Shown: in pieces, positions 31,101-41,119 of the stretch
How the letters are laid out: every line of letters starts with the position of its first letter
Position numbering within the stretch: position 1 is the first letter of the stretch
Source: an uncultured Chloroflexia bacterium
GTDB taxonomy: Bacteria; Chloroflexota; Dehalococcoidia; DSTF01; JALHUB01
Length of the DNA: 64,000 bases
Reading direction: 5' to 3'
NCBI GenBank assembly: GCA_963703345.1
Contig: OY969814.1
Coordinates: 640,001 to 704,000, forward strand
Notes under the pieces: generated by a model
What the model saw: only the letters and a program-made list of their open reading frames with translations
Database searches by the model: none
What the model was told of the DNA's origin: nothing
Program-made: the position numbers and the translations under genes

Positions 31101-32978
31101 AGCTGCGACATTCGCGACGTTGCGTGCCATCACGTCTACAGTGAAGTAGTCGCCAACCGTCACATTCTGTGCCGGCGGATCGATGAGGGCCGCCGAAACG
31201 TCCGGAGCAAACGTCGGCGTCGGAGTAGGCGGCTCGTTGCCGGCCGTCGCCGTGCTCGTCGGCGTTTGACTGGGCCCGGGCGTGTACGTCTCCGTCGGAA
31301 GAGGCGTGTCCGTCGGCGTCGGCGCCGGTCCAATCGTTACGGACGCCTGTCCACCGATGCTGACCGCAATGGTTCCTGCCATTGGATTGGTCAAAATGGC
31401 CTTCTCTACGGTGACCTGCGTGTCTCCAGTCTGGAGCGGGACGAAAGTGAGAATGGCCAGGACGCCGCTGCCGCTTGCTCCTGCCGGTTCGGGCCCGAGC
31501 GTGAGGCAGACCGTCCGTACTGTCGGGCCAATAAGATCCCAAGGCAGGCAGCTTGCGCTCCGCCCGCTGCTACCCAGGAAAGGACCGTTCTGCACGCTTA
31601 CGACTTGGAGAAACGCTGGATCAAAGCCGAGCGTCAACTCATATGCCCCAAGGTTCGTTGCGTTGTCCACCGTGACACTGACGCTAAACGGAACGCTTAC
31701 ATTTGCTTGCTGCCAAGCCGGCGCCATGCCTATCGTGACCGCGCCGCCCGGCGGCGTATTCGTCGGAGTCGGCCCTACAGTCGGAGTCGGCCCCGGCGTC
31801 CAGGTTGGTCTTGGCGTAAGTGTCGCCGTTGGCGTTAGGCTCGGCCCAACCGTGAAAGTCGCGGTGGGCGAAGGTGTGACGGTTTGCGTCGGCGTGTCGG
31901 TCGGCGTCGGCGATGGCCCGGACGTCGGCGTCGGCGCCGGCTGGACAACGACCGATGCGCCGAGGAGCGCATTCGTCGGAATGACAGTGGCCTGAATGTC
32001 CGTCAGGACGAAGTCGCTCAGATTCATCAGGCCGATGCCTTCGCGGATGGCGGAAAAAGTGATTGTCGCAAGCACGCCGTTGCCGTCGGGACCGGGAGGA
32101 TGCGTGCCCAACGTGCGACAGACAAGCCGCACCGAGTTGCCCGTCGGACTCGGAGTCGCAGCGTCACAGCTCACACTGCGCCCCGTGCTCCCGAGGAAAG
32201 GGCCGTACTTAGCGCCGACGAACGAAGCGATAACCGGATCGAACTGAATGCTTGCCTGGAAGGCGCCAAGATCGGCCACGTTGTTGACCATAAGGTCGAT
32301 GCTAAAATCGCTGCCGTTAAACGCCGTCTGCCCCGCCGGACGAAGGCAAGCGACCACGCCCGCAGGTGCGCCTTCGCACGTCGGGCCCGGCGTTGGCGAC
32401 GGCGTGGGCACGACAGGGGTTGACGTCGGCCGCGGCGTCGGAAAGCCGATAGTGACTTGCCCATTTTCCGCCACCACCGGTATGTCATTGGCCAAGGGAT
32501 CGCTCAGAAAGGTGGGATCGATGAAATCCAGAGGGCTCACTCCTTCGACGAGAGCGTTGAAAGTCATCGTCGCGACCTCACCAGAGCCGTCAACGCCAAC
32601 TAGCCCATCGAACGAATAACAACCGAATGTCACTTTCCCCAGGGTCGTGTTCACGATAGCGTTGGGACATTCCACGGTTCGTCCGCTGCTTCCCAGGAAC
32701 GGTCCCTCCGTTGCCGTCTGGAAGGCAACCAGGCTCGGGTCAAACTGGAGGGTGAACTCGAAAGAGCCCAGGTTGGAGACATCGTCCAGCATCACATTGA
32801 CGCTGAACGAATCCCCTGCGCTCACGTTTTGAGTAGATGGGTCGAGGCGGACGACGGCCTGTTGGGCGGAAACGAAGCTGAAGTGGTAAGCCAGGAACAA
32901 GGCAACGGCCAGCAGCGCCGCGCAGAGAAGAACCCCCCCTTGCCACGTCTTCATATTAGTATTAATGGAGGACCTCAA
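28152..32978 (-). CDS. Scaffoldin-like protein: five cohesin domains and a long Pro/Thr stalk
   Basis: Five repeats of F.V.V...V.NL/V.A[YF]E..L.FDP...G.FLGS.GR...C...G.G.LA..TF. The start may instead be ATG at 32954. Confidence 0.85.
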   Translation of the reverse strand: MRSSINTNMKTWQGGVLLCAALLAVALFLAYHFSFVSAQQAVVRLDPSTQNVSAGDSFSVNVMLDDVSNLGSFEFTLQFDPSLVAFQTATEGPFLGSSGRTVECPNAIVNTTLGKVTFGCYSFDGLVGVDGSGEVATMTFNALVEGVSPLDFIDPTFLSDPLANDIPVVAENGQVTIGFPTPRPTSTPVVPTPSPTPGPTCEGAPAGVVACLRPAGQTAFNGSDFSIDLMVNNVADLGAFQASIQFDPVIASFVGAKYGPFLGSTGRSVSCDAATPSPTGNSVRLVCRTLGTHPPGPDGNGVLATITFSAIREGIGLMNLSDFVLTDIQATVIPTNALLGASVVVQPAPTPTSGPSPTPTDTPTQTVTPSPTATFTVGPSLTPTATLTPRPTWTPGPTPTVGPTPTNTPPGGAVTIGMAPAWQQANVSVPFSVSVTVDNATNLGAYELTLGFDPAFLQVVSVQNGPFLGSSGRSASCLPWDLIGPTVRTVCLTLGPEPAGASGSGVLAILTFVPLQTGDTQVTVEKAILTNPMAGTIAVSIGGQASVTIGPAPTPTDTPLPTETYTPGPSQTPTSTATAGNEPPTPTPTFAPDVSAALIDPPAQNVTVGDYFTVDVMARNVANVAAYEFTLEFDPGVLVISGISNGTFLGSTGRPVFCPAPTVTDRNIRFGCVSSGTAPGASGTGLLAEITFQASGAGTTSLGFSAFALADPLGRAVNAAVGSGTVFVKPIDTPTPTATSTRTPTATPTDTPTPTDTPTETPTDTPTVTDTPTETPTDTPTATDTPTETPTDTPTATPVPTETPTDTPTATDTPTETPTDTPTATPVPTETPTDTPTATDTPTETPTDTPTATDTPTETPTDTPTATDTPTETPTETPPETPTDTPTATPVPTETPTETPTETPTATDTPTETPTYTPTPTDTPTATPVPTETPTETPTETPTVTDTPTETPTETPTATDTPTETPTYTPSPTDTPTETPTATETPTETPTETPTDTPTATPVPTETPTETPTATDTPTETPTETPTATDTPTETPTYTPSPTDTPTETPTATETPTETPTETPTATDTPTETPTETPTATGTPTETPTYTPSPTDTPTNTPVPPTPTNTNTPTATNTWTPTATNTWTPTPTPTNTPIPPTPTNTNTPTATNTWTPTATNTWTPTPTPTSTFTPTPTATLVQKATGSGNHTNTVSATFTNTPVAGNLLVAIVGASTTSTINQPSGWSTAINQSGGSCTVPCQAIFYKIAGSGESRTVTVTLANSSSVVGLQIYEYRGVDTLDRTSSANGTGTTPSSGSVTTTHANELLVVGMDIRAATSFGSWTNSFTEEADFQAGTTSVLTYAGADRRVTSTGTYSTAATVGTSGAWRGQIATFYNAALGSGSAQTQNSQDPLLGLVLAPQALGPGAVLIDPAAQNVTVGDYFTVDVVANGVANVGAYEFTLQFDPNVLVLSGISNGTFLGSTGRPVFCPAPTVDVGQVRFGCLSSGGAPGASGTGLLAEITFQASGVGTSSLDFSASALVDPFGKAINAGTAGGAVYVSAPEAAASLSDAAPRYAANAVLLTGMVGLFVGPAGVRVKGRKRLRDVVRGRRVLRRVRSLLRRTRLCA
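29450..30790 (-). repeat. Intragenic repeat encoding about 440 aa of TPT[E/D/A] linker
   Basis: 12-bp-based degenerate repeats with higher-order duplicated blocks. Confidence 0.9.
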
Positions 32979-33394
32979 CTTACGTTACTTCGGCTGAAGC
33001 GAAGTGCTTCTCTGATCTACCTCAACGGAAAAAGCGTCGGAATATCACCATCTGCCGCCTTCTCCGTCGGTTTGTCAGTGGGTCTGAGCCAAAGCGGGCG
33101 CCTGCCACCGCCGCACAGCTTACCATAACAGTCGCTCTCGTTACATAAGATCACGAAATCCGGGTAAACTTCGGCCCCACAAATCAGGACCCATGTCGTC
33201 GCTTTCGAGGGGATTATTCTAGCGTTGCCGCTGTCACTTTATGTTATGAAGCAGCCTCAGCAGCGTTAAATTATATGCCGAAATGAAGCCACGACATCTT
33301 TTCGAGGGATGAAAAGAATTGGAGGTAATCTACCGGCGCCTTCCCCGTCCTCTTGCCCGTGTCGCCTGTTTCCGGCATTTTCGCTCAGGGGTAC

Positions 33395-33423
33395 TTGACA
33401 AAACCCGCTGAGAGTGCTACAAC
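33395..33423 (+). promoter_or_regulatory. Sigma70 promoter preceding a leader of about 325 nt
   Basis: TTGACA-N17-TACAAC with an extended TG. Confidence 0.65.
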
Positions 33424-33755
33424 AGCGACGACTGGTGGCCTTTCCCCGCTCAAAGACCTAACCGAATAGCTGGCACTAATTGCCAGAGAACCAGCAAGGA
33501 GCGCCATGCGTCCCTGTTTAGGTTCGTCTTCGGTCTGCAAATGGTGCTACGAAGGATTCCCCTCGTCACCAGTCCCCTTCGTCGGCCCAGCAGATCCGCC
33601 ACCAGTGAGTTTAGAACCAGCTTTAGGCAGGCCCGGAAATGATATGGGCAAGAAAGGAGGGCCGCATAGAAGGGGGGCAGGACAATACTGGCCATGACTC
33701 TGTGGACGGGTCAGGCCGGCATTCCGATTGTTTTTTCTCTGGTAGGAGGAACTTG

Positions 33756-36700
33756 ATGATAAAGAAAGCTTTATTCGTGGGTGCCATCGGGCTGGTAGCG
33801 GTTATGGCAGCCTTCGGCCTGGGTCCTCTGGGTCGCGGCGCTACCCCCACCGGTGCCCTCATCGGCATACCCCTTCAGCCGTTCGCCCCGGACTGGTCAG
33901 GGAACGGGATTAACACCTCCCAACTTGGAGACACGAATACCGGTGGACGGTTGATATCGAACCAAATCGTGGGGAGCATCCGCCGCGGCCAGCGCATCGC
34001 GCTGCCCTACATCTACGCTGACCCGACTTCGCCCGTGCCCCTTGACATGGACGCCGTACCTGGACCAGGGCCGGCAAACAAGATAGGCGACGTCGGAGCC
34101 ACGCTGGACGTGATGTGTGACTCGCCGGCGGACGGCGCCTCTAACGACCAGATGTACGCGAGCCTAGGCCCGCCCATGGTTCCCTGGGACTGGAACAAGA
34201 TCACTACGGCGGTGCAGGGATCGTCTGACTCCTTCCTCTACGCCTTGGTGCCGCCTTACCCGTGGCTCTTGCGTGATAGGGCAGTGGTGGACCACTTCTA
34301 CGTCGCCGGCGCATCCGTTAGCGCCGCCGTCGTCCTGAACACCGTCTTTAACACCGTTCCCTGGTCTGCGAACGGCGGCGGCAACACGGCGACAACGAAG
34401 AACGGCGGCGACGCCCGTGTCTGGACGGCCGCCACTGACGGCCTCTGCATCGACACGCCGCAGGACAGCGTTTCGCACACGTGGACCAACTACGCGCAGC
34501 CTCTCCTGGGCGACACGGGCGGAGCCTGCACCGACGCCAACTGCGCCGACGCTACGGTCTACGGCCCTATAGGCAAGAACACTCAGACCGGGGCCGGAAC
34601 GGTGACCGTAACGGACAAGTACTTGAACAAGGGCCCGAACGCCGGCACCTACCTCCAGATATGGATCATTGAGGTGTTCGGCGTGGCCAACGCCAACTTT
34701 GTTACCGGCGGCGGGAAGTCTCTGTCTGTTCCCGAGAGCCTTGCGGTAGGCACCACGGTCGACGACCCGGAGGACATCGCGATTACGTGTCCTAGCTCCG
34801 GCTGGGGGCTCATAGTCGTCAAGAACGTCCTCATTCCGGTGTCTCCCACCGTGGAAAGGTACGCTCTGGACAACGCCGGCGTCCTTCCGATCCAGGTGAA
34901 CTGCAGCGGGGCGGGCACCGGGGAGGATCTGTCTGTCACCCAAGTCAGGCCGATCCACGTGACTTCACCCTCGGCCTCTAAGCCCGAGCAGATTAACCTC
35001 CTGAACACCGGACAGTCGGCGACGGTCACTATTCGTGACGTAGACAGCAACAACGCGACCACCACCCAGACTGCTGACTGGTACATAGACGTCGAGGTTC
35101 TGGGTGGTCAGCCTCTGACCGTGAGCCTGTCCGACGACGCGTCGCGCACAGTCGGGAGTAACGTTGAAGCATCCGATTGTACGCCCGCTAACTCCGGCTG
35201 CAACAAGTTCTCCCTCTCGATGGATCCGGGCCAGAGCGACCTCAAGGACGACCTGACCATAACTTGCCCGGCCGCCTCACCTGCGGGACGTTACTTTGTT
35301 GTGGTCAAGATAATCATCGTGCGCACAAGCGGCGGCGTGGTCGTGATGGACTCGAAGCCCGCGGACAACGCCCAGCGCCTGGTGATTCCGGTCAATTGCT
35401 GGTCGAGCATGCCGGCCGGTGACGGGACAGACGATGGCACGGGCCTCTTCCCCAAGTGGGTCATCGCCCTCAGCAACCCGGACTCCCGCCAGGACGGCAA
35501 CCTCTTCGCCTCGCCGCCCCCCTATGGCAGCTTGCTCCCGCCCAGCTTCCCTCAGGACGGTGGTCCTGACTCCAAGCTGCAGCAGCCCATCGGCACCTAC
35601 GTGGAGCGCGTCCTGCAGGTCGGCTGCTACTTTGAGACGAGCGACGGCTGCAAGACGAGTTCCGGCGGCGGTTCCTGCGACACTAACGCCGACGGCTACC
35701 TGACTGCCGCCGAGACACAGCGAGACTACCGTTACAATGCCGCTACTATGGACCCTGATGGTGACTGCCTCCAGTCCGCCGCTACCGCTCAGCCCGGGCA
35801 CCCCGTTGACCTGCCGACCCTCGCCGGCACGTGCGACCCGGTTCCGTGGGCCATGACTGGCGGGCCGGCTCAGGTGACCTACACCATGGACGCCGACCAC
35901 GACTGCGACGGTCTGCCGGATGGAGTCGAGGTTGCCTGGGGCTCCAACCCCATGGTTGCCGACACAGATGGTGACGGCGCGCCCGACTACGTCGAGATGT
36001 TCGACTTCACCAGCCCGGTGAACGCCGACACCGACTCCGACGGGTTCCTGGACAAGCCGTCCAGCGTCTTCGGCGACAACACCGACAAGTCCATGGACAA
36101 CTGCCCGACGATCTCGAACGCCGACGGACCAAGTGGCAACAGCCAGTTGAACACCGACGGCAAGCACCGCTCCGTTGGAGCCTCGATCCCGGCGGGCAAG
36201 GCGAGCAACCCGAACAAGGACAAGCTGGGCGACGCCTGCGACCCCGACAACGACAACGACGGGCTTCCCGACGCTGTTGAGGGCGTCATGGGCACGGTGG
36301 CCAAGGGTCTCCAGGGGGACGGAACGCCCTCCTACGACACCGACGGTGACCACTGCGTCGATGGGTCAGAGGTCTTGACGGGCAGCGACCCAACGTTAGC
36401 AACGTCCAAATGCCCCACCGGTGTCTACTTTACGCTGGCGATGGCGAAGTTCTTCCGCGCCTGTCACTGGAACCTGCCGATCCTGAGCACCGACACCGGA
36501 GGAGAGGCCAAGTTCCAGCAGTGGGACGCCAAGTACAGCAGCAACACCGACCGGGCCGAGCTTGACCCGGACCACGACGGTGTTGACTGCCAGACCCCAG
36601 ACCTCAAGATAGGCGACAAGGACAACGACAGCGGGCCGGCCACGTACGCCGACGTGCCCGACATCGTTGAGATCGAAGGCTACAACACCAACCCGGCGAA

Positions 36701-36974
36701 CAAGGACACGGACGGCGACGGCTGCGAAGACTTCGTCCAGATAAACGACCTAAACGGGAGCGGTGCGGTTGACACGACCGACCTGCTGATCGTTGCGACG
36801 TACATCAACAAGCTCCCGCCGGCGGTTGACAAGACTTCGTTTGAGGTGATCGACGTCAACAAGGACCTGAAGATCAACTCCAGCGACCTCCTGCAAGTCG
36901 CATCCAACACCTGCGCCGCCAAGGCCGGCGCCGGTGGCTGTGGCAAGAACGTTTGCAAGCTTAACGTGTACTAG
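33756..36974 (+). CDS. Large secreted Cys-rich protein with DxDxDG Ca-binding repeats and C-terminal dockerin-like domain
   Basis: AGGAGG RBS and ATG at 33756, signal peptide, many DTDGDG motifs, DLNGSGAVDTTDLL...DVNKDLKINSSDLL. No TM anchor. Confidence 0.85.
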   Translation: MIKKALFVGAIGLVAVMAAFGLGPLGRGATPTGALIGIPLQPFAPDWSGNGINTSQLGDTNTGGRLISNQIVGSIRRGQRIALPYIYADPTSPVPLDMDAVPGPGPANKIGDVGATLDVMCDSPADGASNDQMYASLGPPMVPWDWNKITTAVQGSSDSFLYALVPPYPWLLRDRAVVDHFYVAGASVSAAVVLNTVFNTVPWSANGGGNTATTKNGGDARVWTAATDGLCIDTPQDSVSHTWTNYAQPLLGDTGGACTDANCADATVYGPIGKNTQTGAGTVTVTDKYLNKGPNAGTYLQIWIIEVFGVANANFVTGGGKSLSVPESLAVGTTVDDPEDIAITCPSSGWGLIVVKNVLIPVSPTVERYALDNAGVLPIQVNCSGAGTGEDLSVTQVRPIHVTSPSASKPEQINLLNTGQSATVTIRDVDSNNATTTQTADWYIDVEVLGGQPLTVSLSDDASRTVGSNVEASDCTPANSGCNKFSLSMDPGQSDLKDDLTITCPAASPAGRYFVVVKIIIVRTSGGVVVMDSKPADNAQRLVIPVNCWSSMPAGDGTDDGTGLFPKWVIALSNPDSRQDGNLFASPPPYGSLLPPSFPQDGGPDSKLQQPIGTYVERVLQVGCYFETSDGCKTSSGGGSCDTNADGYLTAAETQRDYRYNAATMDPDGDCLQSAATAQPGHPVDLPTLAGTCDPVPWAMTGGPAQVTYTMDADHDCDGLPDGVEVAWGSNPMVADTDGDGAPDYVEMFDFTSPVNADTDSDGFLDKPSSVFGDNTDKSMDNCPTISNADGPSGNSQLNTDGKHRSVGASIPAGKASNPNKDKLGDACDPDNDNDGLPDAVEGVMGTVAKGLQGDGTPSYDTDGDHCVDGSEVLTGSDPTLATSKCPTGVYFTLAMAKFFRACHWNLPILSTDTGGEAKFQQWDAKYSSNTDRAELDPDHDGVDCQTPDLKIGDKDNDSGPATYADVPDIVEIEGYNTNPANKDTDGDGCEDFVQINDLNGSGAVDTTDLLIVATYINKLPPAVDKTSFEVIDVNKDLKINSSDLLQVASNTCAAKAGAGGCGKNVCKLNVY

Positions 36975-37028
36975 CGTCGGGAAAGTTGTTTCCCGAACGG
37001 AACAGTAGAAAAACAGAATAGGCAATAA

Positions 37029-37070
37029 GTACCGTCCGGGCCGGCGCCCGAAGAACGGCCCGGACGGTAC
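37029..37070. terminator. Perfect 15-bp intergenic stem-loop
   Basis: GTACCGTCCGGGCCG / CGGCCCGGACGGTAC. Confidence 0.7.
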
Positions 37071-37195
37071 AAAAAACAGGCATCAACTTACAGATGGTCC
37101 GGCGCAAAAAGCGTGGAACGAAAGGAGGGGCGCAACGGAACATAAGTCGCTAAAAGGACCCCGCCCAGTTACTATGGTAGGAGGTAAACCTTAAA

Positions 37196-39724
37196 ATGAA
37201 GCGTTCGTTACTAGTAATAACAGCCGTCTCGGTCATGGGCCTGATCCTTGGTGGATTCTCGCTCTTCGGCCACAGCGGCTCGGCCAAGGCGGTCACGCCG
37301 ACCACGGTCATGGTGTCGTCCATCCCGGGCGCTGCCGCGAGCGGTGTAACCGGCGCCATCTCGATGTTGGACGCCGGGGGCGGCATCGTGATCTCGCAGG
37401 AAACTGCATGGGGCCTTACGCCTTTCTACCCGAACCTGCCGGGAGTCTTCTACTTTGGCGCGAATGACTGCCTGATACAGGACGTCGTAGGCATGGGCGT
37501 GTACCACGCGGCCGCGGCTGACCAGGGCCTGTTCCTGGACCTCCCGACCGCGTACTTCCACGGCGTCACGCAGAACGCGGACAACAGCCTCACGCTCGGC
37601 AACCTGGCGGTCACGGGCGGCTACGACGTCGTGATCAACACGGTCACGAAGGCCCCGTACACTGGCTACCTCTCGGGCATCAAGAGCGTGGGAATCTCCA
37701 CGCTGCCGGGCTTCAACCCCGCGCAGGACTACACCGCGATCGCGCGTATCCAGCACCTGGCGTGTGGCAACACTGATGGGTCCGCGGTTACCCCCTGGGG
37801 CGCCATTCTGGACGCCGCCTGGAAGATCCCGGACCCGGCCTGCGACATCAACCAGGACCTGGTCTGCGACGCCGGTGATGTCCACATCGCTCTGGACATG
37901 GACGTCACCGATGGCGTCGTCACCAACGGCAGCAAGGACTGCAACCCGGTAACGCCGCAAGTCCCCGGCGATTACCCCACCACTGTGTACCCGGTTGGCA
38001 CAACCTACAAGGTCGCCGTCTGTCTGGTTGGCGCCGGCACATCGGTGGGTGGCACCAACGGACCACCGGCTGCCTTCGACTTCCAGGTGTCGTACGACAG
38101 AACTCTGAACGAGTGCGTGACGGACGGAGTCACTGACTTCAACTTGGATTCCAACCCGGACGCCAACACCGGCACGTCCTCGATGACCTCGCCCAACCTG
38201 GGCACTTCCCTCAACTGGGATTGCACCGCCTCCGGCAACGCACTGCCGACCTGTGACCTTGACCCCAGCGGTCCTAGGGGCGTGGCCTATCTCGGCTGCT
38301 TCATGGGGAGCGGTACTCCCACCCTGCCCACGGGCGACCTAGTCGCAGCGCCTCTCGCCGAGATCTCGTTCAAGAGCCTGGCAGAGGGCATCGACACCCT
38401 GACCGTGATCGAAGCCACCGAGGCGGACAAGGGCACGAACCAGAACATAAGCTGCCCGCCCAACACAGGTGAGTTGAACAGGTGCTTCGACGGGCTGGAC
38501 TTCAAGGGCGAGCCGCCGACGTGGACGCCAACGCCCACGAAGACGAACACGAACACGCCGACGATCACGAACACGCCGACGCTAACGCCGACGCAGACGC
38601 CGACGAACACGCCGACGAACACGCCGACTGAGACGCCGACGAACACGCCGACGAACACGCCGACTGACACGCCGACTGTCACCGACACGCCGACGAACAC
38701 GGCGACGGCCACTACGGTTCCCGGCGTGAAGATGCAGAAGGACGCCGACATTCACTCGGAGGGTGTCCAGGACAGCGCCGTCCTGTGGCTCACGAAGGCC
38801 GGTTGCTGGCTGCTTGACGCGAACGGCCACGTCGTTTTGGACAGCCTGGGCCAGCCCGTAATTGACCCGGCGAAGGCCCTCGCCGCCAATGGCAAGGGCT
38901 GCCTGAAGATTGACGAGTACGTCACCGGCATCTTCGACAAGGACAACACCAACGACTCCGACAACATTCCTGAGGGACTCGGCGCCTGGGAGCACGAGAT
39001 CTTCTGGGACAAGCAGTTCGTCTCCGTGTCGACGGCTCCGGACAACGCCTGGCTCACCAGCGGCGGCCGCGTCGTTAACGTCAACGAGGCAGGCGGCTGT
39101 TTCGTCACCGTCCAGACCGAGACCTCGATTCTCGAAGGCTGCGTGACCAAGGATGCGTTGGCCTGGGTGTACGACCCAGTAACGCAGACGTGGTCGTTGG
39201 TGCCGCAGAACAAGCCCGGACCTAACGGGTGCCAGGTGGGTGTTGACCCCGGCTGCACAGTCAGCAGCCCGGACGGCGTGGTGTCAGAGATCTACATCAC
39301 GCCGAACTTGGCCAACCTGATCTACACCGCTCACTTCCGGCCGACGAAGGACAACGGCGTGGTAACTACCATCGCCGACAAGGACTGCGAAGTTACCGAC
39401 ACCCAGGGCGAGCGGATCCAGGGTACCCTCCCCGGCCAGCTCACCACGGTGTGCGGTAGCGCCTTCATCACGCTCCGGATGCTCGAGGGTGACCTCAACC
39501 TCGACTGCACGGTCGATGTTGCGGACGACCAGGCAGAGGCCTTCCGGTACGGCTTGACACTCGGCCTGAACGGTTACGACCAGTGGTACGACCTGGAGCC
39601 CAAGTGGTCCGACAACGACATCGACATCAAGGACCTCCAGTTCGTCTTCGGTCGCAACTACAGCACCTGCGACCTGCCCATACCTGACGACCAGAGTATT
39701 CCTGCGCCGCATGTAGACCCGTAA
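37196..39724 (+). CDS. Secreted adaptor: type B cohesin-like, PT linker, divergent cohesin and dockerin-like domain
   Basis: GGAGGT RBS, signal peptide, LDSNPDAN domain, GLGAWE/WLTSGGR and [13 protein letters not shown]...DIDIKDLQ. Confidence 0.8.
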   Translation: MKRSLLVITAVSVMGLILGGFSLFGHSGSAKAVTPTTVMVSSIPGAAASGVTGAISMLDAGGGIVISQETAWGLTPFYPNLPGVFYFGANDCLIQDVVGMGVYHAAAADQGLFLDLPTAYFHGVTQNADNSLTLGNLAVTGGYDVVINTVTKAPYTGYLSGIKSVGISTLPGFNPAQDYTAIARIQHLACGNTDGSAVTPWGAILDAAWKIPDPACDINQDLVCDAGDVHIALDMDVTDGVVTNGSKDCNPVTPQVPGDYPTTVYPVGTTYKVAVCLVGAGTSVGGTNGPPAAFDFQVSYDRTLNECVTDGVTDFNLDSNPDANTGTSSMTSPNLGTSLNWDCTASGNALPTCDLDPSGPRGVAYLGCFMGSGTPTLPTGDLVAAPLAEISFKSLAEGIDTLTVIEATEADKGTNQNISCPPNTGELNRCFDGLDFKGEPPTWTPTPTKTNTNTPTITNTPTLTPTQTPTNTPTNTPTETPTNTPTNTPTDTPTVTDTPTNTATATTVPGVKMQKDADIHSEGVQDSAVLWLTKAGCWLLDANGHVVLDSLGQPVIDPAKALAANGKGCLKIDEYVTGIFDKDNTNDSDNIPEGLGAWEHEIFWDKQFVSVSTAPDNAWLTSGGRVVNVNEAGGCFVTVQTETSILEGCVTKDALAWVYDPVTQTWSLVPQNKPGPNGCQVGVDPGCTVSSPDGVVSEIYITPNLANLIYTAHFRPTKDNGVVTTIADKDCEVTDTQGERIQGTLPGQLTTVCGSAFITLRMLEGDLNLDCTVDVADDQAEAFRYGLTLGLNGYDQWYDLEPKWSDNDIDIKDLQFVFGRNYSTCDLPIPDDQSIPAPHVDP

Positions 39725-39768
39725 GCGAACAGGATAGTCGAAGTCCAGGTATAGACTGGAGCAATGAA

Positions 39769-39814
39769 TTGGCGGGGGAGCGCCGATCCAGAAGTGGAGC
39801 GGCTCCCCCGCCAA
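39769..39814. terminator. Intergenic stem-loop
   Basis: TTGGCGGGGGAGC...GCTCCCCCGCCAA. Confidence 0.65.
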
Positions 39815-39971
39815 AAAATTATCGGATGGGCGGATTGCTGAATTAAAGAAAGGCCCGTCGATATTTAACAGAATAAAACTTGATAGGCGCAGTGGCTCAT
39901 CCTACAATGGCGGCGCTGCTGGTAAAAGACACCGCGAAGGGACCCGGGAAGGATCACACCAGGAGGCGGTT

Positions 39972-40991
39972 TTGACAATGAACCATCGGCTAATCCCCCG
40001 TCTGGCCCTGGCCTGCTCCCTCACAGGACTCGTGCTTCTCGCGGTCTCCAATCCCTTCTCAGTCCAGGCCGCCGGGCCGCCGCTCATGCGGCTCGATCCG
40101 CCTAGCCAGAACGTCGATGTCGGCGGCGGCCCCTTCACGGTTTCCGTCATGATCGACAACGTTTCCAACCTCGGCTCCTACGAGTTCGAACTGCAGTTCG
40201 ACCCGCAAGTCGTGCGCTTCGTTGGCGTGGAAGACGGCGGCTTCTTGGGAAGCACGCAAAGGCAGCTTCAGTGCCCCACCGCAACGCTCTTCTACCCCGC
40301 GGAGGGCGAACCACCGAACATGGTCCGCTACAGTTGCAGTACCCTCGATCCGACGCCTGCGGGCCCTGACGGCTCCGGACGTCTCGCCACTGTGACGCTT
40401 GCTCCAGTGGGCTCCGGGTACAGCGATCTCACTCTAATCGCATCGACTCTCGACACAGGCACAAGCGACATCACAGGCGAAGACTTCCATACGATCAGCC
40501 AGAGCGGGGCAGTGAACATTGCAGGCGAAGGACCAACTGCAACGCCGCGTCCCGATGAGCCGACCGCCGTCCCGACCGCCAAGTACGTCCCTCACGTGTA
40601 CGTCACCGTGACTCCTGGCGGCGGCTCGATCTTCACTCCGCAGCCGGGTGAGACACCGCTCACGCGTCCAATGCCCGGCAGAGCAATAGACGACCCTCCG
40701 CCCGGTGCACTCGCCGCGGCTGCTCCCGCTGGCGGCGTGACACCTGAGTACGGCCCGTCCGATTCGAACGTCGACAACCCTCTAGGGCTGAGCATCGGTG
40801 CGGGTGAGGACCAACCGAGAGCAGCCGGGGGCGCGCTTGCCGGCACCAGCCAGGGAGAGCATGAATCATCATCCGGGCCTCCGCTTTTCGCCGATGTGCT
40901 CATAGCGATCGGCGCCGGCGCCGGCCTCCTATTCCTTATGTTCTACCTCAAGCGTATTCGCGCTCGGCGGAACGACAACTCGAATCTATAG
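39972..40991 (+). CDS. Cohesin-domain membrane anchor protein
   Basis: NVSNLGSYEFELQFDP, GGFLGSTQR, Pro-rich linker, TM followed by KRIRARR. Confidence 0.82.
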   Translation: MTMNHRLIPRLALACSLTGLVLLAVSNPFSVQAAGPPLMRLDPPSQNVDVGGGPFTVSVMIDNVSNLGSYEFELQFDPQVVRFVGVEDGGFLGSTQRQLQCPTATLFYPAEGEPPNMVRYSCSTLDPTPAGPDGSGRLATVTLAPVGSGYSDLTLIASTLDTGTSDITGEDFHTISQSGAVNIAGEGPTATPRPDEPTAVPTAKYVPHVYVTVTPGGGSIFTPQPGETPLTRPMPGRAIDDPPPGALAAAAPAGGVTPEYGPSDSNVDNPLGLSIGAGEDQPRAAGGALAGTSQGEHESSSGPPLFADVLIAIGAGAGLLFLMFYLKRIRARRNDNSNL

Positions 40992-41119
40992 AGGCAGAAT
41001 CGGCTTTGTTATCGGGACTCTTCCTACATCGATTCGCTTTCGCCTGCAACGGGCGATGGCCGGGGATGGATCTTGATACGTGGGATACGAAGGAAGCCGC
41101 ATGAGGAGGCCTGAGTAAG

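Noticed and set aside
29234-31101. Long Arg-rich and Val/Gly-rich ORFs overlapping the scaffoldin
   Set aside because: These are shadow frames of the Pro/Thr repeat.
33193-33310. Imperfect inverted repeat ATGTCGT.GCTT and direct repeat TTTCGAGGG in the divergent intergenic region
   Set aside because: Short and widely spaced, so not distinguishable from chance without orthologs.
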